DNA of 24,747 bases from Chloroflexota bacterium (GTDB lineage: Bacteria; Chloroflexota; Ktedonobacteria; Ktedonobacterales; Ktedonobacteraceae), in the NCBI GenBank assembly GCA_046726675.1, contig JBKPBA010000498.1, forward strand, positions 1 through 24,747, given 5' to 3'. The notes below the pieces were generated by a model. It made no database searches and was not told the origin of the DNA. It worked only from the letters and a program-made list of their open reading frames with translations. Each line of letters begins with the position of its first letter. Position 1 is the first letter of the stretch. Positions 17,443-24,747 of the stretch are shown here, piece after piece. Both the position numbers and the translations under genes were made by a program.

Positions 17443-17946
17443 CTATTCAACTGGTCTCTCGCTACTCAGCCGAATTACCTCTCCATTAACACGCAGTGTC
17501 GCATCCCAGGTAACCGTAATAGCATCCTTGACGCTCTGGTGGGCTGGGCAACCTTCCGGGTGTACATGAAGTGCGCGTTCGGCCGCAGTACGTGACTCTG
17601 CTGGGATCGCCAAATCGTAATGGACAGTAATCGACTCGATACGGATCGTTTTGCCAATACCAACAATCCGACCATCGACGGTGGCGGTATAGAGTTGACG
17701 ATCAAAAGGAATTTTGCGCCCTGACAGGGCACCGGCAAGAGTGCCGTACATTCAACCTGCAACGGCGGCGACAATGTGATCTAATGTAGAGGCAATTGCA
17801 GGGCCCTCTTTGGCCCCATAATACTCACGCAATTTCCCCTGTACACCATAAACTACGGGAGTCTCGACTTCCCCGAGATAGGCATTGCGATAGCCCTCCT
17901 TATAAATCAGGCGCGCATGGGAAATGTACTCAAAGGGTTCTGCCAT
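17443..17946 (-). CDS. OsmC-like protein with in-frame TGA, probable selenoprotein (167 aa)
   Basis: ORFs 17752-17946 and 17443-17751 are in frame and separated only by TGA: HIVAAVAG-U-MYGTL...HPEGCPAHQSV; GAAAGGAGG only before the first ATG; hairpin after the TGA. Confidence 0.8.
17714..17738 (-). promoter_or_regulatory. Candidate bacterial SECIS hairpin
   Basis: Minus strand UUGC-CGGU-GCCCU-GUC-AGGGC-GCAA; apical loop starts 26 nt after the UGA and begins with G. Confidence 0.5.
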
Positions 17947-17985
17947 CGTGCTCTTCCTCCTTTCAAAATATGATGCAGGCGATTT

Positions 17986-18675
17986 CTATACCTGCCGTTT
18001 TGATTTACTCCGCTGCTCAGTTACAGACTTACCCAGTGCAAAGTCGAGGAACTGGTTCCAGAACGGGATGGAACTACTGATAAAGATGATACAACCGACA
18101 AAGGCAACCAACGCGACGATAAGCGGCACTTGCTCGAGCCGTAGTACATCATAAAGCGCCCACGCCAAAAGACTCAGTAGTGCAAGGATCACAACAAGCA
18201 CACCGCGAAATCGATCATAGAATGCCAGTCGATTTTGAACAATCCTATTCTCTTCGGCATGCTTGCGCACCTGTGCGTTTTGTAGGAACCATGCTGCGAT
18301 GCCCACCAGATAGCACCCGGCGTAAGCAAGGTGCCATCCACGGACATTGCCATAGACGAAGTGAACGAGGAAGAGTTCAGTCGCGACGAAGGCAAAAGGG
18401 ACAATCGAATCGAGCAAGGTCGGAAGCCAAACATATGCCAGTACCATCATCAAGTACTCGTGCCAGATATCCAGGATGACTAAGAAAGTAGTGATGGTTA
18501 GAAGCCAAGCGACCGTATTGAAGCCTGGATATGTGGATTCGACGCGTATTACCAAAGTCGAAAGAGCAACACCCTGGATGATGCTCGCCAACGTCAGGTA
18601 GGCCGGGGCGAACTGGCTTTTGATGCGTTGAGCAATGTTGTCGCTCTCGATGTCTTCAAGTGTTGTCTTATTCAT
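17986..18675 (-). CDS. Hypothetical polytopic membrane protein (about 6 TM)
   Basis: Repeated hydrophobic helices; ATG 18675 preceded by GGAGG; ends 39 bp upstream of the OsmC-like gene. Confidence 0.7.
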   Translation of the reverse strand: MNKTTLEDIESDNIAQRIKSQFAPAYLTLASIIQGVALSTLVIRVESTYPGFNTVAWLLTITTFLVILDIWHEYLMMVLAYVWLPTLLDSIVPFAFVATELFLVHFVYGNVRGWHLAYAGCYLVGIAAWFLQNAQVRKHAEENRIVQNRLAFYDRFRGVLVVILALLSLLAWALYDVLRLEQVPLIVALVAFVGCIIFISSSIPFWNQFLDFALGKSVTEQRSKSKRQV

Positions 18676-18931
18676 AGTGAAGCCTCCAGTGAACGCTGTC
18701 ATCGGGTTGAGCGTATTTCTCCAGATAATATATTACCACGCTCCTCATTGCCGTGAGTCACCTTTGTGGACACCCTTGAAAATTCAGTCAACAGGCTCAA
18801 GCTGTGCTATCATACATACAGGAGGCATGTACTCATTCAATGAGAGATGGGAAAGCACGCCAAATTATTATTTTTAGATGAATGGTCTGTATGACCATCC
18901 ACAAGACGAAAAAGGAGCCAGCAATAAGCAT

Positions 18932-19666
18932 ATGAGCAAAAAGTTAGCCGGATCTGTTTGTTTAATTACCGGAGCCAGTTCGGGTATTGGCAGAGCATCT
19001 GCTCTCGCGTTAACCAACGAAGGAGCCAATCTTGTACTCACAGCCAGGCGAGAACATCGTCTCGATGAAGTGGTGGAGACGATCCAATCAGCGGGTGGTC
19101 GAGCCATAGCAGTAACAGGAGATGCCCGTGAAGAGGAGACAGCAATACGTGCCATTTCCACAGCAAAAGAGCAATTTGGAACCGTGAATATTCTGATCAA
19201 CAATGTTGGCGTCGGAAACTACAAGAATCTCATTGACACCAGCATTGAAGAATACGACGAGATGATGGACAGTAATGTACGCTCCACATTCCTTTTCACC
19301 CGCCACGTCGTCCCCTTGATGATCGAGCAGAAGTCCGGTACCATTCTCATGATCTCATCGATGGCAGGCATTTACGGCTTCGCAGGTGAAGCCGTGTACT
19401 GCGCTACAAAATTCGCTCAAGTCGGCTTTGCACAGGCATTGGACAAAGAATTGCGTCCCTATGGTATCAAAGTCGGCGTCATTTGTCCTGGTGGGGTAAA
19501 GACCGAATTTGCACTGGGAAAGGGACGGACAGAAGAGAGCGTCGCTCAATCAGGCATGCTCGACCCCGAAGATGTTGCAGGTGCAGTACTCCTGGCCTGC
19601 ACACAGACCACTCACTCGCGTATCATTGAGATTCAGATGCGTCCAATGGCTGAACCTTTAACCTGA
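18932..19666 (+). CDS. Short-chain dehydrogenase/reductase (SDR)
   Basis: TGASSGIG, NNVG, ISSMAG, YCATK, ICPGGVKT; start at 18932 (AAAGGAG upstream) or 18878. Confidence 0.92.
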   Translation: MSKKLAGSVCLITGASSGIGRASALALTNEGANLVLTARREHRLDEVVETIQSAGGRAIAVTGDAREEETAIRAISTAKEQFGTVNILINNVGVGNYKNLIDTSIEEYDEMMDSNVRSTFLFTRHVVPLMIEQKSGTILMISSMAGIYGFAGEAVYCATKFAQVGFAQALDKELRPYGIKVGVICPGGVKTEFALGKGRTEESVAQSGMLDPEDVAGAVLLACTQTTHSRIIEIQMRPMAEPLT

Positions 19667-19714
19667 TTCGCAGCACAGAGGTAGTGGTTTTCTTAAGGTT
19701 ATTCGCGAGGCTTC

Positions 19715-19935
19715 TAAGCGGGAGCGCAGGATGGCAATGCCAACACTGAGGGGAAAGATCAGGAATGTGACGGATGGGAGTGTTCCATTGATCAGTTGAT
19801 AGGTCGAGTCGGGAGCTGCGAGCCCCGGGAACAGGATGCCGAGGAGACCATACAGGAAGTCCAGCGTCAGTAATCCTGCGAATCCAAAGACGACCCACTT
19901 TGTCTGCTCGCTGGGAGTAGTTGGAGACCCTCACA
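19715..19935 (-). pseudogene. Remnant of a membrane sensor/histidine-kinase N-terminal region
   Basis: Minus-strand frame reads EQTKWVVFGFAGLLTLDFLYGLLGILFP...YQLINGTLPSVTFLIFPLSVGIAILRSRL with no start codon and an apparent frameshift near 19908; I recognise the QQTKWVVFG...PLSIGIAILRYRL pattern from membrane sensor proteins (recall, not searched). Confidence 0.55.
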
Positions 19936-20054
19936 TGTTTTGAGAGGGAGTATAGCATATGCTCGTTACAGAACCGTTACGAAACACGTGATATGGTAAT
20001 TTATTGAAAAATATTAAATAGCACAATACTAGAGGTTTGTCACGTTTGTCAAAA

Positions 20055-20993
20055 TCATGTCCTCAGTAAAGTAGAACTCAACACATACCCAACAACCTCA
20101 TACCCCCTGCCCAACTTCCCCTGCCCAGGCAAATCAGTAATCCATTCCCAGTGACGCTCTTCTATTACATTGAAACTCTCTCGCACCAGTTCAGGCAACG
20201 AGCGTGGAACAATTGGCAAAGTCCGACGACGGTGCGTATCATTCTCAGTGCCGAAAACTTCAAACACAAAGCCCCGTACATCACTGAGCAACACAACGAT
20301 CCCTCCCACATCAAGCAGTTCGTGTAACAGGTGTAAGTGTCCCTGAATGATACGTATGCGAAAGTTTTGTGCTGCCTCCTGGTAGCGGTGATGGCGTTCC
20401 TGCTCACCCAGATAGGCGGGCGCAATGTGTTGTACATGATCAAGCATATCCAATAGAGGATAACTGAAGAGTTGTGAGAGCACTAGCGAACTGATGACCA
20501 CACCAAATTCACTTGTATGCAAACCCTCGATTTCAGGTGGGTCTGGTACGGGACATTGTTCTAAGCAGCGAGCAGCGGCATCGAAAATAACCTGAGCACC
20601 CTGAGATATAAGCTTATCCCAGGGCTGCTGTTCGATCAGGCGGTTCAGGTTGGCGCTTACTCCGCCGCTAATATCACAACATAGTAATCGTATCCTTTTA
20701 CGTAGCGCAGGAGAAGTTAGCTCGTTCCACCCTTGTTGCATCGATGCATGATCATAATCAGCGAGCACGACCTCGTCAGAATCACGAGCGAGTTCAGCAA
20801 GAGGAATTTCGGTACAGGCCCCTGCGCCCAACACAAGTGTGCTGTTTGAAGCGCTCCGTAGACGTTCCTGGAGTCCCTGGAGCATAAGAGCTGTACATAG
20901 TTGCAGGTGTTGAGGACTATGCTGGCGCAGCCACACTCGACGCTGCGCCCCCTGAGTCTGGATATTATTGTAGGTCAGGGTGTCAATGCGCAC
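20055..20993 (-). CDS. Hypothetical protein with class I SAM-methyltransferase-like motifs
   Basis: LVLGAGAC (motif I), VVLADYD, CCDIS; GTG start with GGAG, 3 bp after the upstream stop. Confidence 0.55.
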   Translation of the reverse strand: MRIDTLTYNNIQTQGAQRRVWLRQHSPQHLQLCTALMLQGLQERLRSASNSTLVLGAGACTEIPLAELARDSDEVVLADYDHASMQQGWNELTSPALRKRIRLLCCDISGGVSANLNRLIEQQPWDKLISQGAQVIFDAAARCLEQCPVPDPPEIEGLHTSEFGVVISSLVLSQLFSYPLLDMLDHVQHIAPAYLGEQERHHRYQEAAQNFRIRIIQGHLHLLHELLDVGGIVVLLSDVRGFVFEVFGTENDTHRRRTLPIVPRSLPELVRESFNVIEERHWEWITDLPGQGKLGRGYEVVGYVLSSTLLRT

Positions 20994-20996
20994 ACC

Positions 20997-21794
20997 CTAT
21001 CTCCCTTTATATTCTGGTGGCCGTTTCTGCAAAAAAGCGACTACAGCGTTTTGATGATCTTCCGTCTCAAAAGCCATATCTTGCAATTCACCTTCGAGAC
21101 TCATCGACGTTTGCAAGTCTGATTCAGCCGACGTATAGATCAGCTTTTTGATCAAAGCATATGCGCGTGTTGGCCCTTTTGCTAGCCTCTGCGCAAGCGC
21201 TTGTGTTGCATCCTCAAACTCTTCCAGAGGCACACACTTATTGATCAGCCCGATACGCTCAGCCTCCGGTCCTCTCACCTCGTCGGCAAGCATCGATAAC
21301 TCCAGAGCCTTTCCGACTCCAACAAGTCGCGGTAAGAAATATCCGCCACCTCCATCAGGCACCAGACCAATCCTGGCAAAAGCTTCTATGAAACGTGCAT
21401 CGTCCGAGGCAATCCGTAAGTCACACGCCAGCGCTATATTACAAGAAATACCTGCAGCAACACCGCGCACCGCAGCTATCACGGGTTTAGGCATCTCGCG
21501 TATCGCATACACGACCCTGTGATATTTTTGCAAGTGTTCACTCACTTTACTCACCGCGCCGCTGCTCCGACCCTCGGATAGACTACGCAAGTCCTGCCCC
21601 GAGCCAAACGCCCTACCTGCCCCAGTAAGCACAACGCAGCGCACTGCTTCATCTTGCGCTGCTGTCTCTACAGCCTCAGTCAGCTCCGCTAGCATAGCAT
21701 CATTAAACGCATTCAACACCTCAGGCCGATTCATCGTAATGGTCAGCACACCGCCATCCTGTTTCACCAGAAGGTGTTGGAAGTCAGTTCGCAT
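20997..21794 (-). CDS. Enoyl-CoA hydratase/isomerase, PaaG-like
   Basis: ITMNRPEVLNAF, FGSGQDL, PKPVIAAV, LACDLRIAS, FARIGLVPDGG (Asp present, canonical two Glu absent, as in PaaG); ATG 21794 with AAGGAG. Confidence 0.88.
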   Translation of the reverse strand: MRTDFQHLLVKQDGGVLTITMNRPEVLNAFNDAMLAELTEAVETAAQDEAVRCVVLTGAGRAFGSGQDLRSLSEGRSSGAVSKVSEHLQKYHRVVYAIREMPKPVIAAVRGVAAGISCNIALACDLRIASDDARFIEAFARIGLVPDGGGGYFLPRLVGVGKALELSMLADEVRGPEAERIGLINKCVPLEEFEDATQALAQRLAKGPTRAYALIKKLIYTSAESDLQTSMSLEGELQDMAFETEDHQNAVVAFLQKRPPEYKGR

Positions 21795-21816
21795 CGAGCA
21801 CTCCTTCATATGTATA

Positions 21817-21842
21817 GTAGGTGCGGGGCTTGCCCCCGCCCT
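21817..21842 (+). repeat. GTAG-type REP-like palindrome
   Basis: GTAG-GTGCGGGGCTTGCCCCCGCCC between the tnpB element and the PaaG-like gene. Confidence 0.7.
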
Positions 21843-21874
21843 TGTTACTTCCACTCCTGATTATCTGACACTCG

Positions 21875-23150
21875 GTGACGACTCCCCACGGCTACAAGCC
21901 GGGGGCTTCTGGAATGACGCGGCCGTGTCGTCCCACGGCTTCTAACGCTTCGTCTAAGATATTCTTACTGCCATTGTGGTCTCGATCGATGACCAGACCA
22001 CAGCTGGGACACTCATACACCCGCGCTGAAAGGGGCATCTCTTGGCGATGTCCGCAGCCCGAACAGCTTTGCGACGTATAAGCCGGATTCACGCGCACCA
22101 CTTCTCGGCCAGCTTCCTCCGCTTTACTGAGCAGATGTGCGAAAAATGACGACCATGCCGCATCGGCGATACTCTTGGCCAATTTCGGGTTTTTGAGCAT
22201 GTTGCGCACCACCAGAGCTTCCACCGCAATGAACCCAAACCGTTTGATCAGAGAGACCACCTCTTGCCGGATGAAGTTTTCCCGCCGCCACCTGACCCGT
22301 TCATGCACGCGCGCCACCACCTTGCGCCGTTTTTCCCGTTGTGGTGTCCCCCTGTGCGTTTTGGAGAGCTTGCGATGGGCACGGGCTAATGCCTGTTCCT
22401 CCTTCCGGAAGAACCGCGGATTGTCGATCTGCCCTCCGATCGAGAGATAGGCAAACGTTTTCAGGCCGACATCGATACCGACCTGCGCATCTGATGGAGG
22501 CAAGGAATCAGCCTCCAGCTCATTTTCCGCGCTGATGCTCACAAACCATTTGCCTGTCGGCGTCCGTTTCCCCGTGGCCGTCTTGGGGATGCCGGTGAGC
22601 GGCCGATGCATCACCATCTTGATGTGACCAAGCTTGGAGAGGATGAGCGTGCCTTCCTGTTTCTTGCCAGCGTGGACGTCAAAGCTGTTGTGGTATTGCT
22701 TGAAGGTGAGGCTATTGTAGCGCCAGCTCGATCGGAAGCGTGGATAACCCGGCTGCTGTCCGTCCTTCACGCGCCGGAAAAAGCCGTCAAAGGCCCGATC
22801 CACCCGCTTGAGGACGTCTTGCAGGACTTGCGAGTTCACCTCGGCCAGTTCCGGGCGTACCTCTTTGCAAGCAGGCAGTTCAGCGCACTGCTGCGCGTAG
22901 CCAAGCGAGATGCCCGCCATGCGGTAGGCATCACGGCGTTCTTGCAACGCGGCGTTATAGGTCTCGCAGCAGAGAGCAAGCCACTTGTTCAGCGTGGTTT
23001 GTTGCTTTTTTGTCAGGTAGAGTCTGTACTGAAACGTCTTGTTCATCTCGCGGATACTTTCTTCTTGGGGCACGAGCAACCGGAAACAGTCCCTTCCCCG
23101 CCCCAAAAAGGAACGCGCCTTTCATCTCCATAACTGGAAGTCAGGGGCAT
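21875..23150 (-). mobile_element. Second tnpB-only IS200/IS605-family element
   Basis: Right end (minus strand) GAAGCCCCCGGCTTGTAGCCGTGGGGAGTCGTCAC ending 21875; left end ATGCCCCTGACTTCCAGTTATGGAGATGAAAGG directly after the holB stop; no tnpA. Left boundary approximate. Confidence 0.75.
21892..23046 (-). CDS. tnpB: RNA-guided endonuclease TnpB (384 aa)
   Basis: N-terminal HTH KTFQYRLY, VGIDVG, IAVEAL, CSGCG..CPSCG, DRDHNGSKNI; start moved to ATG 23046. Confidence 0.92.
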   Translation of the reverse strand: MNKTFQYRLYLTKKQQTTLNKWLALCCETYNAALQERRDAYRMAGISLGYAQQCAELPACKEVRPELAEVNSQVLQDVLKRVDRAFDGFFRRVKDGQQPGYPRFRSSWRYNSLTFKQYHNSFDVHAGKKQEGTLILSKLGHIKMVMHRPLTGIPKTATGKRTPTGKWFVSISAENELEADSLPPSDAQVGIDVGLKTFAYLSIGGQIDNPRFFRKEEQALARAHRKLSKTHRGTPQREKRRKVVARVHERVRWRRENFIRQEVVSLIKRFGFIAVEALVVRNMLKNPKLAKSIADAAWSSFFAHLLSKAEEAGREVVRVNPAYTSQSCSGCGHRQEMPLSARVYECPSCGLVIDRDHNGSKNILDEALEAVGRHGRVIPEAPGL

Positions 23151-24185
23151 TCAGGCGCGGGGCTCTGGTAAATCAAGCATCAATACCTCAAGCGCTACAC
23201 GCGCATTTACGTTTTGCTCTAACGCCTCCATAGTACCCAAAATAGCTCGTACCATGCGCTGGGATTCAGTCGCGCCAATCTTTGCGGCCTGATTCTGTAT
23301 CAGCCCTCGCATATCTACATTGACAATTAAATCAAGACAGTTGTTGGCCGCCAATACTATGTCACGCCACCAGAGCAACCACAACTCAAGTATACCATGT
23401 AACTTGTCGCTATCTGCGCTCAGACGCTGCGCCACTTCAAAACGTTGTACCTTACCTGCCGTCGATAGCTTTGCCAACGTCTCCAATTGTGCCTGGCGTT
23501 CTGCTAGCATATCATCATCTTCTACAGCTTGCACTGCCCAGCCCATACGGCCCGCCGCCAACGCTGCGATCAAACTGGCATCTTCTGGCTCAACCTGCCA
23601 GCGCTCCTCAAGGGCAGACGTAATCTGTTTAGTAGTAAGTAACTGCATGGGTACCTGCTGCACGCGCGAGAGGATAGTGGGTAATAGCGAGCCTGGATCA
23701 GGAGCGGTGAGCAGCAAGACCACGTCTGGTTCCGGCTCCTCAAGCGTCTTCAACAAACAGTTAGCTGCCTGCACATTCATCTCGTGCATACCCTGAATAA
23801 TAAAAATATTGCGTCGTCCCTCCAACGTTTTACGTGCCGCATCAGCTTGCAACGCCCGTACCTGCTCAATCAGTATGAACTGTTTGTCTGGTGGTCTACT
23901 AATATAATGCACATCCGGATGATTGCCGTGCATAACCTTGCGGCAAGAGAGACAGGCATTGCATGGATTTTGTGGCGCATCGTGCGAATCTATTTCACCT
24001 GTACACAACAATGTTTGCGCAAAACGCTGAGCCAGTAATGTTTTACCAATATGCTCGGGGCCAGTAAACAGATAGGCATGTCGCACCCTTTGTGCCGCAA
24101 GTGCGCGCCGCAACGTATTAATAGCATGCTCGTGGCCCACAATATTCCAGTCATGCATTGGCATTTGAAAATCTGTACCGCTCAT
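23151..24185 (-). CDS. holB: DNA polymerase III subunit delta'
   Basis: IVGHE, HAYLFTGPEHIGKT, Zn module C..C..C, HPDV, MNVQAANCLLKTLEEP, LLPTILSR; start may be 24185, 24164 or 24158. Confidence 0.93.
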   Translation of the reverse strand: MSGTDFQMPMHDWNIVGHEHAINTLRRALAAQRVRHAYLFTGPEHIGKTLLAQRFAQTLLCTGEIDSHDAPQNPCNACLSCRKVMHGNHPDVHYISRPPDKQFILIEQVRALQADAARKTLEGRRNIFIIQGMHEMNVQAANCLLKTLEEPEPDVVLLLTAPDPGSLLPTILSRVQQVPMQLLTTKQITSALEERWQVEPEDASLIAALAAGRMGWAVQAVEDDDMLAERQAQLETLAKLSTAGKVQRFEVAQRLSADSDKLHGILELWLLWWRDIVLAANNCLDLIVNVDMRGLIQNQAAKIGATESQRMVRAILGTMEALEQNVNARVALEVLMLDLPEPRA

Positions 24186-24291
24186 GGAAGCATCCTATCA
24201 GAAACTATGAACAAAGGCAAGAATAAAAATTCTGTAAAAAAGTTGTAAAGTCCTTAGAAATCAGCCACTCCTGGTGTTATAGTAATATAAT

Positions 24292-24747
24292 ATGAATGCT
24301 CGTTACAGCTATCTCAGCCATTTGCAATGCAGCCTGTGCCAACATGCCTACAACGCTGACCAACTTTATACAACCAGCCCATGCTGCTCCAGGCCGCTCC
24401 TTGCGCAATACGATCTTATCGCGTTGACTCGCGACCTGATAACGGACAGATTAGCAAGCCGCGAAGCTACCATGTGGCGCTATCATGAACTGCTACCAAT
24501 ACGTCAAGAACGTTATGTGCTAACCCTGGGAGAGGGCATGACGCCCTTATTATCAGCACCACGCCTGGCTCCGCAAGGACTTGAGAGCGAAGCTCGCTTG
24601 CTGGTCAAAGATGAAGGGCAAAACCCGACCGGTAGTTTCAAAGCGCGAGGAATGGCAGTCGCCGTCTCCCGCGCCCTTGAACTAGGAGCAGAGGGTTTAG
24701 TAATACCTACAGCAGGGAATGCCGGGGCTGCTCTGGCTGCATATGCC
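24292..24747 (+). CDS. thrC: Threonine synthase, 5' part (runs off the window; absent from ORF track)
   Basis: Manual translation: MNARYSYLSHLQCSLC...MWRYHELLP...LGEGMTPL...KDEGQNPTGSFKARG...PTAGNAGAALAAYA, with the PLP lysine motif. Confidence 0.9.
   Translation, partial: MNARYSYLSHLQCSLCQHAYNADQLYTTSPCCSRPLLAQYDLIALTRDLITDRLASREATMWRYHELLPIRQERYVLTLGEGMTPLLSAPRLAPQGLESEARLLVKDEGQNPTGSFKARGMAVAVSRALELGAEGLVIPTAGNAGAALAAYA

Noticed and set aside
17752-17754. Genome-wide TGA reassignment (code 4 or 25)
   Set aside because: TGA ends menD, menH, menC and holB at their expected C-termini.
17986-18675. TMEM175-like channel assignment from the FLVILDIWHEY pattern
   Set aside because: The FSD signature is absent; resemblance too weak.
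19959-24308. 13-bp match ATGCTCGTTACAG at 19959-19971 and 24296-24308
   Set aside because: One copy is within thrC coding sequence; no further similarity; likely chance.
1-24747. CRISPR array or Cas12-like association of either TnpB
   Set aside because: No regularly spaced repeat-spacer series; both TnpB genes have IS-type ends.

Overview
Bacterial chromosomal window, probably Ktedonobacteria (Chloroflexota). The taxon is an inference from the GTAG-type palindromic repeats and the gene content. Housekeeping content: menaquinone operon menF-menD-menH-menB-menC-menE, a short alanyl-tRNA synthetase behind an Ala T-box, holB, a PaaG-like enoyl-CoA isomerase, an SDR, and the 5' part of thrC (missing from the ORF track). 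Mobile DNA: two tnpB-only IS200/IS605-type elements with intact RuvC triads, and a nested structure at 2035-3697 in which an IS4 element sits inside a REP hairpin that itself lies inside a ~180-bp MITE with a 9-bp target duplication. Two genes are split by in-frame stops. The OsmC-like gene (17443-17946) has TGA at the position of the first catalytic Cys followed by a SECIS-like hairpin, so it is probably a selenoprotein. menC has a TAG at a non-catalytic position (nonsense mutation, sequencing error or readthrough). No rRNA, tRNA or CRISPR array was seen.
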